Positions 40,880 through 52,980 of a stretch of DNA of 64,000 bases are shown here, piece by piece. The notes under the pieces are model-generated. The model ran no database searches. It saw nothing but the letters and a program-made list of their open reading frames with translations, and was not told the origin of the DNA. A program made the position numbers and the translations under genes. Position 1 is the first letter of the stretch. Each line of letters starts with the position of its first letter. Source of the stretch: Azolla caroliniana (taxonomy: Eukaryota > Plantae > Polypodiophyta); assembly GCA_043228905.1 (NCBI GenBank), contig JBHGNT010000014.1, positions 15,376,001 to 15,440,000 of the forward strand. Direction: 5' to 3'.

Positions 40880-43800
40880 TGTGGGATCTCATGGTAAAAC
40901 CACAGGCCAAAACCCCTCACCTAACCCAAGTAGCTATAACCAGGGTTAGGGGAGTTAGACCATGGTTTAGTTAGTTACACCATAGTTAGTAAAATGTTAG
41001 TTAGAGGTAAGTAACCAGAAGTGTGCCAAGATAACCGAATGTTACATCTTGGAATGTAATACCAAACTATATAAAAGGATTTAGATGGAATGGAAAAGGC
41101 AAAGAGAGTTTGGAGGCATTTTACACACTTTGGTGGAGAAGACAAGCAACACTCAAGACACCAAATCAAGAAAGAGCTGAAACAAAACAGGACACTACTC
41201 CAACAGATCAGACACCACCACATCAAGGAGAAGAAGCCACAATGCTACCCCAACAAAACAAGACGCACGAACAACAAGTCGAAACCAACATACATCATAT
41301 GACATCTCCAATACAGAACAACGGTGCAACAAAATGCACCGACATGAATCCAGAATTTCTGCAACAACACCAAGAAAACCGTCAAACTTTCCAGATGGAT
41401 CAACTAATACAAGCGGTATCTAACATCTCAATACAATCAAATTTGACTAATCAGGCCATGCTATCTTTTTTCTCTTCACAGACAAATAGGCATGCTAATC
41501 GTCCAGATCCATGAGTACGACCTAAATCCGTCTCTGGTCTACCATCTGAGGACATCCTTTCTTGGCTCGATCATTTTGAAATGGTGGCAAACTATCATCA
41601 GTGGACCGAAACACGGAAAGCACTAGAGATGTGAACTTTATTGGAGGGCATTGCGGCAACATGGTTCATACAGCAAACAGAGGAGTCTAAGAACAAGTGG
41701 TCGATACTTAAATCCCTCATGATTGGGAATTTTGCTCACCAGGACTCAACTCAGACGGCTCTGCAACAACTAGAGACAATCAAACAACAACAACATGAGC
41801 TAGTAACACAATTTGCCATCCGATTACAACAATTACTTACTCGTGCAAATCCAACAATGCCAAAATCGATGAAGCTAGTCTTCTTATGGCCACGGCTACG
41901 CCCAGATATATATCGTCGAGTGCGCGACCAAGGCCCCAAAACATTTCAGGAAGCCATCCTCATTGCGCAACGCATTGAAGTAGCAACACAAACGGAACTC
42001 CAAATGAGTTGGTCATCCAATGTCAATTCTGAGAAGCAGTACAATAGCAATGCCACGCCAATGGAAATCGATATCCAGAACGCTCAACTACAAGCAAGAA
42101 GGAACCTGCCAACACGTGATGCCCAAGGAAGACCTAAGTGTTTTTTTTGCAATAATTATGGGCACATGAAGAAACACTGTCGGAAATCGAACAACCAAAC
42201 ACAAAAGCAGAATGTGCAAGTACAATTGGCTGACAATAGTTACTGGGCCGACCTGTCGGAAAACTGAGTTGCATGGTGTTGAAGGAAGCACAACCCCCGC
42301 ACATACAAACATCCACATCCTCAAGTTCTCTTGTGTGCACGGCCATGGCCACAATCCTCAATAGCCCACACGAAGTCCTCTTCGATTCCGGTAGTAGCAT
42401 ATCTTCCATCAGCCAAGATTTGGTCGATCGCCTCAATCTTTCAACCTCCAAAGCCCCCCCCCATCAAGGTGTTTTCGGTGATCACCAACGCCTATATAAT
42501 TCCAACACCACAACCGTCTGCACACTCAAGTTGGGCCCCACCACAATCACGCACACTTTTTACATACTTCCACATCAATTGTTCCCACTCACACTCGGAT
42601 GTGATTGGTTCATCAAGAGCATGGCCCAACTAGATTTCCATATACGTCACCTCACATTACCCGAAGCAAGGCTAGTTCCCCTCTTCACAAGCAACTACAA
42701 CCAACAAATCAACAATGCACAGGTAACATTAAGCAAGGAGGTTCGCCTAAACGATGTCCACAAGGTTTTAGCTCAATATCCCGAGCTAGTCCACTCATTT
42801 GACAAGCCCACTACAGTCTCATTCCCAGTCCAACATGTCATCAACACATGCAACGCAACACCTGTCTGGACATTAGCAAGATGACATTCTCCTTTAGATC
42901 ATGCATGCATTGACCAAGCAATGAATGAGATGTTTCAAAAGGGGATTATCTCACCCTCACATAGTGATTGGGTATCGGAGCCACACATGGTCAAAAAAGA
43001 TGATGGCACATACCGATTTTGTGTTGACTTTCGTAAGCTCAATTAAGTCACCATGCATGACCTTTACCCTCTGTCGCGAATAGATGATCTCTTGGACCAG
43101 TTGGGATGCTCGAGGTACTTCACCTCTATCGATCTTGCGGTCGGATATTGGCAAATTCCAATGGACCCAAGAGATGCACATAAGACAGCTTTCAGAACAC
43201 GAAGAGGCCTATTCCAATTCAACAGGATGCCATTTGGCTTGTTTGATGCATGCAACACATTTCAACGGATGGCAAATTTAATATTCACATACCTTATCGC
43301 GGACGGTACAATGTTGGATACCTGGATGACATTCTAATCCATACTTCCACATAGCCACAACATATTCATGTATTACAAGCAGTTCTACAATGAATACAAC
43401 AACACAATTTGAAATTACAATGGAAAAAATGCAGATGGGGTAGCACCCAACTAAAGTTTTTGGGCTACATAATTTCTGCCGAAGGCCTACAGATGGACCC
43501 AAAGAAGAGCAAGGCCGTGACCAATTTTCCCTGACCAACCACAGTCAAGTCCTTGCAGCGTTGTCGCGAAGATGCGCATGCGTGCGTGCTTCGCTTAAGC
43601 GGGACCACCAGGGTCTCGGACCGGGGAGGACGTTTGCGAAATGCTCGAAAAGATGACGATGTGTATGTAGGAATCGAGGAAACTTATGTCACACTTGAGA
43701 AGATCAAAGATTTTACACTTGAGAAGAAGATAGATTTCAAGAAGAATATTAAGAAGAAGATTATATTGATGGTGATGGTAATGATATCACATATTGAGCC

Positions 43801-45005
43801 CCCCCCTTTACACAAGCCATACTAGGGGTTTTATAGGTTTGTCCATGCACAAAACCATGGGCTTGGAGCCATGGTTTCTGTGCACATAGTTTTGTGTGAC
43901 ATGCAGAAAACCATGGGCTTAAAACCGTGGTTTTGTGTACACGGTTTTGTACATTGTTTCCTACGGAATACTAAATATGAGAAAGAAATATAGAAAATCT
44001 AAAGCACTTAGTAGTAGCTTTAGTGGTAAGGTAATTCCCTCTTATCTTAGAGGTGCAAGGTTCAAATCCTACTTGCAACCCTCTACATGCACTCAATGCC
44101 ATTGTGACCTAGGTTTATTTATTATTGATTTATTTTCATTTTTACAAGTATTCATGAAATGTGTGTGGATCCTCAAATTTTGACTTTTTCTCGCACTAGA
44201 AATGCCACATCACGACATTGTTTCTTAGGCATGGCGACTTTTTCGCTCCGATTCATTCCCAATATGGCCACCATGACAACACCCCTTACAACACCTATTG
44301 CGAAAAGGCTCCAAGTTTGAGTGGACGACTGAATGTGAGAACAACTTCATCCAATTAAAAAATACACTACACCAAGCAGGTCAGTTGGCTCACCCAGATT
44401 TCTCCCATCCCTTCCTTTTGCTGACAGACGCATCAAATCATGGATTGGGAGCCGTCCTACTACAAACAGATACAACATGAGCAGAGCACCCAATTGCCTA
44501 TATAAGTCGATCTCTTACTCCTACAGAAAAGAATTACTCCACAATAGAAAAGGAATGGTTAGCAATCGTATGGGCTTTCACAAAGTTCCATCCCTATTTA
44601 CACGGCACCTAGGTCAACGTCGAAACAGACCACCAATCCCTAATCCATCTAATTAACAAGCCACACCCACCAGGTCGCCTATTAAGATGGGCAATGGCTT
44701 TAAAGGAATATCGGTACACATTAACTTATAAAAAAGGAGTCCAAAATGTGATCGCCGATGGTTTGTTAAGAGTAGAAACACAATGTGTTCAATTCAATCT
44801 TACACTCGTCCAATTACCCACAACGATGGCCCAGATAGCAGCCCTCCAACAAGCAGATGAGCAAATACGACAAATCACCCATGACATCCAGTCGACAACA
44901 AGCAAAAAGGTACACACCCATTTCCAATTGCAAAACAATGTCTTATACTTTATACAAACAGGGAAAGAGCCACGAATCTACATACCACAGAGCTTGCAGA
45001 ATTTA
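40880..45005 (+). mobile_element. Decayed Ty3/gypsy LTR retrotransposon (5' LTR, PBS, gag-PR-RT-RH, 3'-truncated)
   Basis: Putative LTR 40880-41125 (TGTGGGAT...ATTTTACA); PBS TGGTGGAGA at 41131 (tRNA-Ala-like). Gag knuckle CFFCNNYGHMKKHC; protease VLFDSGSS; RT YRFCVDFRKLN, GYWQIPM, MPFGL, YLDDIL; RNase [32 protein letters not shown]. Many stops; no integrase core or 3' LTR seen. Confidence 0.93.
43562..44217 (-). mobile_element. Solo LTR nested in the gypsy pol region, related to the 37795 element
   Basis: Termini TGTCGCGA...TCACGACA; removing it restores host ...TVKSLQR|FLGMA. On the minus strand it shares TGTCGTGAT.TGGC, CCTATAAAA...GGGGGGCTCA and GTCCGAGACCC..GTGGTCC...CTTCGCGACA with the 37795 element. 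Confidence 0.85.
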
Positions 45006-45329
45006 TAAGAAAATATTGACTACCAAGTCTATGATGAAAATGGCGAGATTGATATGGTGACTTTGGAGTGACGGGGGTGTGTTATTACATTATGGTGGTG
45101 GAAATAGTGCACCATTATAAGAAATACAAGCGAATTCATGGACTTTTTTCTTACAAGAAAGATTTTCGAGCTAGGAGGAGGATTAAGTTTTGTCCGCAAT
45201 CACTCATGGAATGTCACTATCACATAACTCTCTCTCTCTTTCTTTTTCTTTCTTTTTCGTAAATACTCTCTCTCTCTCTCTCAATTCGCCATATGTATTG
45301 CATTCCATTTTAAAGAAGGCATTAAAGTT

Positions 45330-45745
45330 AAACATTAAGTTCTCAAGAGCAAATTATTTTGATGACTAAATCAATAATAATAATAAATAGTTCTTAAGAG
45401 CAAATTATTTTTATGAGAAAATAAACACAAATATATGTATTTGTATGAGTAAATAATAAGTTCTCAAGAGGAAATTTCTTTTATGAGTAAACTAGTAATA
45501 ATAATTAAAGTTCTCCAAAACAATTATTTTTATGAGTAAAAATAATGACAATAATAAGTTCTTTAGACCAATTTTTTTTTTATGAGTAAATAATAATAAA
45601 TATTTTGTGGAGGAAATAATAATAAGTTCTCCAGACCAAATTATTGTTACGAGTAAAAAATAATAGATTCTCAAAAAAAAAACTATTTAGTGAGTAAATG
45701 AACAAATAAAAAGTTGTCTGGGAGAAATTGTTTTTATGATAATAA
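45330..45745. repeat. AT-rich ~40-55 bp tandem repeat upstream of the SDR gene
   Basis: About 8-9 units of AATAAGTTCTCAAGAGCAAATTATTTTTATGAGTAAA. Confidence 0.8.
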
Positions 45746-46105
45746 TAAAAAAACAAATTAAACAGATTTCCATAAGTAGCAAATGAAAAGAATTCTCTGC
45801 AGACTTTCTATTTCAGGAAAGCAAAAGAAAAAAAGAAGAAAAGAAAGGAAACAAAAACAAAAACTGCAGACAGCAGTCATGGCATTGAATCACTTCACTG
45901 TTAGTGTTTCCTTCCTTTTTCTTTTCTTTCAATATCTTCTCTGTACATTTTGATTCATTGATTTGCAGCCCACTTGCAGGAAAAATACAAAGATTATAGG
46001 CTCGCCCCATGGAAGCTTTGGAAGAGCTCTCTGTTCATAAATACCCTCCTCTCTAACCTGATTTCTTCTCCTTCTTCCTCAGATTCTTGTGTGCTTTTTT
46101 GTTAA

Positions 46106-49100
46106 ATGGAGAGATTGAGTTCTATTGAAGGGAGTAAGAGTAGCCTTGGAGTAGTGGCTGTTGTGGGTGTTGGTCCTGGCCTTGGATACTCCATAGCCCG
46201 CCGCTTCGCAAGAGAAGGTTACTCTGTGGTCATTCTATCGCAAGCATATGGTATGGGAAATCTCTGATCACACAACCTATGTTGTCATCAATCTCTGTAT
46301 CCTTTTTTTTTGCTTGTGTGAATATCTCTCTTTCTTTTCTCACATATAGTGGTGTAGTTAATTTACCTTAGCACAAAATTAGGGTTTCTTTTCTCTTCAT
46401 TTATCTTGTTGAATATCCATGCAATGTTTTTGCAAGGGTATTCTTAACTCCGAGTTTTTTAGATACTTGATACTGTACCCTTCCATCCCTCGCACATTCA
46501 TCATGCTTTCAAATTTAAGTATTGTATAAAATGTGAAATTTGTTGCACCCAGAGCATTGCTATTATGATATAAATTTTGTTTTAAATCAATATGGTCTTT
46601 GTTGCATCAATTATGTTAAAGGAAACCCTAAAACAGGCGAGAAAATTGTTCTTCTTATGTATTCCAACTATTCATAAACATGGCGAAAATTCCATAGGAA
46701 ACTTCTATAAGAAGAAGAGAACCATAGAATTGTCTGAGAAATTGATGTTCTTATGTATTACAAGTCTCATAAGCATATCTGCTCTGGATCCATGCCAAAA
46801 CCTTGTAAAACCGATTCATCTTCTTAAAAATATATTGCAATGTCTCAGAAGCATGTGAGCGTTCAACATTGTAGAATATATTCATCTTGATGTGTATTGT
46901 AATGGTTCATATTCATGTTAGGATCCTTAGCAAAGATTTACCTTGACATGCATTGCCCTGGTTCATAAATATTGTCAGAGCTCACATGCATCAGAAATTC
47001 TTCGTTATATGTTTCGCAAATTGTTTATAAGCATTTTAGGTGCCATGATGATCTTCTGTCAATTCCAAAAGATTCCCTATCAAAACCTTCTCCTTATTTG
47101 ATTCACATTGATGCAGAAAAGCTTGAGAGTTTGGTAGTGCAGTTAATGGCACAAGAAAGAACAGCTCATGTTTCCGCCATCAGCATCGATTGCTCTGATT
47201 TCCAATCAGTTCGTGATGCTTTCGAATCAGTGAGGTCTATTGGCGTGGTAGAGGTCTTGGTATGTACACATCACCAAACATATCTTGTTTTTGCTCTTCC
47301 ATGTATTGAGTTAATTCATCAAATCAAGGCAGTGTTCATGAAGTTAAAGCTAATGTAATCCTGAAAGGAACATGTATTGGGTCCATTCCAAGCTCAAGGT
47401 GGTGGCCATGAAGTTAAAGCTCAAAGTAATTTTCAAAGGAACATGTATTGAGTCCATTCCCCAACACAAAGCGAAACTTAAAGCTCTTGGCTTGAGTCAC
47501 AGCTTGTGGCTCAATTAACATGTGTGATCAAGTTATTATCAGAATTGAAAACTTTTAGATGTTTGGTGCATGAAAATGACAATTAATTTATTAAAAAACA
47601 TGGCAGCCAGAGGGAAACCCTCTGCCAAACAATTACAGATGAGCGGGGACCTTTTTGTTGGCATAAAGGATGCATATATTCCATAATGTGGCCATTATCT
47701 TGGTCCTCGAACCTTGAAAGGCAGAGACTTATTACAAATGCTTATGGTAAAGATAAGAATTGAGAGAGAGAGAGGTTCTATTATTGTCTTCAGAGGTCAA
47801 ATATGTCCTATGTTTCACGTAATACACGTGTAAGTGAGTAGCGACTCTCGACGTTCAAGAACTTTACCAATGAATGTTGCAAACAAGAGTGCACATTATG
47901 ATTGTGAGAGAAATTCATGCAAGGTTTGGGTTTGGTTAAAGATGTGTGAAAAGCATAGTCAAATATGATCGAAGGCATTGTATCAAAGTGTGACTCCCGA
48001 ACTTGTTCCAGGCAAAAGTGTGCATAGTCAACCACTCTCATCACTTGTGCCCAAATGCCCCATCTCACATCGCAATACATGTGAGCTAATTCACATGGAA
48101 GCAATGGTTCGGATGGCAAACAATGGGATGCGCTCTAACATGTATACAGTTACCTCATTCCGCGACGAATATGGTTTTGTAGTTAGGTGCAACGTGTGTA
48201 ATATAACAGGTGAAGTGTGGGCCTCCACATTTTTCTTATGTCGTGAGAAAGAAAATTCTTATGTACTAGTTCTTTATATGCAATGAAATTCTAGGTACAT
48301 GTTCAGAATATAGCTATCCCATATAGTGTCCATCCATATAGCCATTGACAAGTTAACAGCTTAACCTCTGGCCTATAGGCTTCTAAAGCTTAGCCAGAAC
48401 AGTATTTGATATTATGCCACATAATATAAGGGTCCTCTCAATTCATGATTACAGGAGAAGTATTAAGCCCTAGTTGAATCATGCAATTTCTCTCCTTCTG
48501 AAGTCTAAAATGAGTTTTCAGCCTTAGCCTTATGCATATATTGATGTGTATGCAGGTATATAATATCCATGATTATGCCAAGTCAAATAGTTCTCATTTC
48601 CTCAATATTAATGCTGAATCATTTCGTCAGTCGTTGACCTTACCTGGTTTAGGAGCTTTCTACATCATTCAGCAGGTCAGCAATATGTATTTTCTCCTTA
48701 ACATTATCCCACTTGTGTGTAGTGGATATGTGTGTTTGTGGAGTTCAAAACAGAGTATGAGCATTGGTGGGCCTTTGTAAAGAAAGCCTTTCTGTTGGAT
48801 GCCTTTTATGGCTATGTTCAGGTTTTACCAGGAATGCTACAAAGAAGAAAGGGGACCATTCTTTTTACTGGAGCAAGGGATTCAACACGAGGAGAAGCTG
48901 GGGCTGCTGAATCAGGTATGTTTTACATAAATGAAGCATGTCTCTTCTTCTTTAACTAATATAACACCAAAAATACTCATACATTTAGGGTATTTATTAG
49001 AATAACCCTCTGTAGTTGAAATTTTGAGAACCAATCGGTATTCTGGTCATTATTCAGATCAGAGAAGTTCTCTTGTAAATTTGGAAAACAGAGAGGGTCT

Positions 49101-49713
49101 CTAGAGTATGTCCAAATCATTCAAGGTATTTTTTGGTGTTATATGTCCCATTCCTTCATTTAAAAATCATTCTAAAACGTTTGATGCTTTCATTGCAAAA
49201 CTAGCGTGTGGCAAGTTTGCACTGAGGGCCTTATCACAATGCCTTGCAGAGGAGTTTCAACCCCAGGGGATCCATGTGGCTCATGTCATTCTAGATGGAG
49301 TTGTAAGATGTGAAAGGTTGTGTTTGAAAGCCATGATTCATGGGTCATTTTTGCATAGGGCTCTCTGAAGAAAAAGGTATTTAATTTTAGGGTAAAAACA
49401 CCAAGATACCTTTAAGCTTGTTGGTTATGTACCAGAATATATTGCACAATCTACTATTCCTCAGATATATTCTGGTAATTTCTGAAACCTTAGGGGCATT
49501 CTGGAAGTTACACGGCAAGTTTGCGATAATTTACCCTTGTTTCTAAAGAGGAACTAACACAAAGGTGTTAATGAATACAGGACCGAGGGGAGACAAGATC
49601 AGCCACTTCTAGAACCGGATAGCGTTGCAGAGGTTTATTGGCAGATTCATATGCAACATCCCAGTGCATGGACACATGAGCTAGATCTTAAACCATTCTC
49701 TGGTGGTAGATAG
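46106..49713 (+). CDS. Short-chain dehydrogenase/reductase (Rossmann fold), 6 exons
   Basis: Exons 46106-46250, 47117-47259, 48556-48675, 48822-48915, 49205-49316, 49581-49713 join in frame. Motifs VVGVGPGLGYSIARRFAREGY, IDCSD, KGTILFTGA, ACGKFALRALSQCLAEEFQPQGIHVAHVILDG, YWQIHMQHPSAWTHELDLKPF. Confidence 0.92.
49389..49537. mobile_element. Degenerate MITE-like insert in last SDR intron
   Basis: AGGGTAAA...CACCAAGATACC...TACCAGAAT and GGGGCATTCTGG...TTTACCCT; shares motifs with the 27276 MITE. Confidence 0.45.
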
Positions 49714-50584
49714 CGGAGCGAGATGATCTCTTCATGAACAAAAAGTCTCAGGTTGTACGTCCGATTCTAGGAATATTGTCGTGAATCACATCATTCATCT
49801 TTTGCTTGGAGTGACAAAAGAAGGTTATCATCACAGCTGAAGAATATTCAATTAGCTCTTCACTACCTACCTTCACTAACGGGTGTATTGGCTACATGTA
49901 ATTTTTTAAGAGGAATGCTGGTGTATTGAAAGGTTGCTTCTTCAAGAGGTGAAGTGGGTTGCTCAGCTAGAACAGATCAATATTGTCATTGGAGTAGATT
50001 ATACACATATTAGAGAATCTACACCTATTTTTTGATGCAATGAGGTGATCTAGTGTTAGAGCATGAGGTACCTAATCTTCCCAAGAAATTGTGAAATGGA
50101 AGTTGTAAACACATTTGTAGAAAATATGATTTTGGTGGTCATATATCCTTTTTTTGTTAAAGGTCAATTTATGACCTTGCATGAAATTGCAAGTCCATTT
50201 TGTTAGGGTAGCTTATATTGCAAGTGTTGAAACATTTTATTGTCTTTTTGCTTATGATTTCTTCTCTCAAATGTGGTCCTTGCACCTATACTAGATGGGA
50301 GCGTCTTAACCAAGCACATACAAAAGAGAATCCCAATTAACCTTCCTAATTATATACTAGAGAGTTAGTGAGAAACCCAATTAACTTTCCTAATTATATA
50401 CTAGGGAGTTGGTGAGAAACGAGTTATAAAACGTTGGAATCCACTTCGTGAGAAAATGCGTGCTAATACATCTCTCAATACATTTCCTTATTTTAAAGGT
50501 GAAACCATTTTTGAAAGTTTTTGACATCATTATGGAAACCCATGCACAGTGGTAAAATTAACTAGGGAAGATAAGATTAGATGA

Positions 50585-50852
50585 CATAGTCTGCATAGTT
50601 TTGCTGAAGTGGAGTGGATAGAATGGCATGTGAATGTGCACCTAGAATCTAGCACTTTTCCCTCTCAAGTGGAAGCTCTTAGTGTTGTGCCCTCGAAAAT
50701 GTGCGTGGATGTACGCGCATAGTCTGCATAGTTTTGCTGAAGTGGAGTGGATAGAATGGCATGTGAATGTGCACCTAGAATCTAGCACTTTTCCCTCTCA
50801 AGTGGAAGTTCTTAGTGTTGTGCCCTAGAAATATGTGTGGGTGTACGCGCAT
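50585..50852. repeat. ~133 bp tandem duplication
   Basis: CATAGTCTGCATAGTTTTGCTGAAGTGG...GTACGCGCATA twice; a 44-bp pair also at ~50330-50420. Confidence 0.9.
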
Positions 50853-52980
50853 ATGTATCAACTTTGAGTTCATGTAGTTGCATATGATAAGGTGCTTGAG
50901 CAAATGCATACTTGTCATGTTAAGCTTTTGATATTTGGATGTAAAGTAAAAAAGAAAGGGTGAAACTGAGGCTTAGTGATGGTACAATCTAATGATGCTA
51001 CAATCGACCTTGAAATAGCCATCATAATTTGCAAGAGGAATCATCATTTTTGTGTCATGTAATGACAATTTGTTAGTTTATAATTCAGGATGTTAGTTCA
51101 TGATTGACGGCTTTCATCACCTTGATAATCGTTAGCCTCCCACTAGTATTGGTCATTCCTGAAATGTTGTTGCCATTTTAATCTCTCTCTCTCTCTTCCT
51201 TTGGATAATAGCTTGGCTAGAGTCCAAAACCACAACTGAATGCCTTTTTCTCCATTTGCACACACCACATCACAACTATGTACTTCAAAATATGTTCCAA
51301 TTGTTGATTGTATGTCAGTGGGCTACCGATGAGAATCTTGAATTTGTTTATATTTCTGTACATCTTGAATTTGTTTATCCTGCATATTGCTTTGTAGTAA
51401 CTGTTGTCATAATCTACGCAAATTGCCTTGTCAACCTACGGATCTACACAAATTCTTAACTTATACAGGGCATTTCTACCTCTTACATCATAAATTGAGA
51501 AACATACACATTGTAATTTCTAAATGCAATTGACAAGCATAACATGCTGCACCCAACACTTTTTGATGGCTTTTTGTGCACACATCCACGTTTCGTAGCA
51601 CATCTATGAAAGAGAAAAAACCAACCTACAATATATTGTGATAATTTAGTTGAGAAAACATTGTTCTTCCTCTTGGATTCACAGCTTGTTCAAGATTTAA
51701 AGGGTTCATAAGCTATAATAAGCCAAAATAAAAATCATTCATTACGCACTCATGGAACTGAATGGTAGATAAGAACTTCCATGAAATCCAAATTACACAT
51801 GGATAGGTGATCTTTACAAATATTAAAACCTGAAATACATAGATGAACAATGACATGATTGACTTTCTGCTTCTACTAGATATGAAAAGGCAAGAATTCG
51901 TTCATATATAATGGGCGGAATAGTTCAACAGTGAATCAACAAGAATCAAGGAAACAAGCTATTCAGCAAAAAATCACGGGAAAAGAAATAATACTAGTTA
52001 AAACCATGGGTAAAAATACGAAGATGAGATAATATGTTACTGAAAATGACCCCAACAATATATGCATTGCTGAGGGTTTTGGCATAATGTCATCAGTGCC
52101 AATGACATAGAGTTACATGGGTATTCAGGGTTTTCAACATTTTCATGATTACTGTTAAACACTCAACACTCTATAATTACTTTTGCTTAACGTACTGACT
52201 TTCAGTGACCATATGAGGAAAAAAACTACAAATTCACAAAAGAATAAGAAGTGGCACTGATACTGCCACCATATCGCACCAGAAATGAAAAATGATCACT
52301 CACTACTTTTTGGATGAAGGGTATCTTTCAAGGGGAGCAATAGGCACAAAATCCACAAAAAATTCAATGCAAGTTACAGTTTAAAACTCTCTTTTCCTTA
52401 AGAAAATTGCCACTGCTGCTGTATAGGGTAAAACTTTAATTAAGCTTATCATGTTCTCCTCTCGTGATCATTCATGGGAAGCACCAGCCAACAATAATAA
52501 CATTTGTAATGATAATCATTTTACAAAAAAGGGTAGGAGAGAACTCCATGTGGACATACACAGCTCTTTGGATGAATGTACAAGCTCAATGGGGATATGA
52601 GGCATAGTCAACCCACCTACAGAGCAGCAACGGTCATTCCTAATGTGAATGATGCAAAATGAAGCAACCTTTAAGAGTCTCCGCTGTGCACATACACAAA
52701 TACTTCAGCATGGGTACAAAGAAAGGTTCATCGCCACCCAAACAAAAGTTGCATGTGTACATGTGCCCACTGATCCAGAGTAGGCATCATTTATGAAAGA
52801 GACTTTTTTCATCTCCTCTTTCTATCAAACAGCAATTGGACATTGTAGTATACTTTACAAACTTTGCCTTCTTATGAGGTGGCACAGACACATCCACCCT
52901 ACTTTCAATGCTACAAATCAAGTTGACTCATTACATCGTATCCAACGTTTTCACTGGATCTCAATTGTAGAGAAGCATTG

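Noticed and set aside
44010-44080. Functional tRNA gene
   Set aside because: No clean acceptor stem or 7-nt anticodon loop, and it lies inside an LTR.
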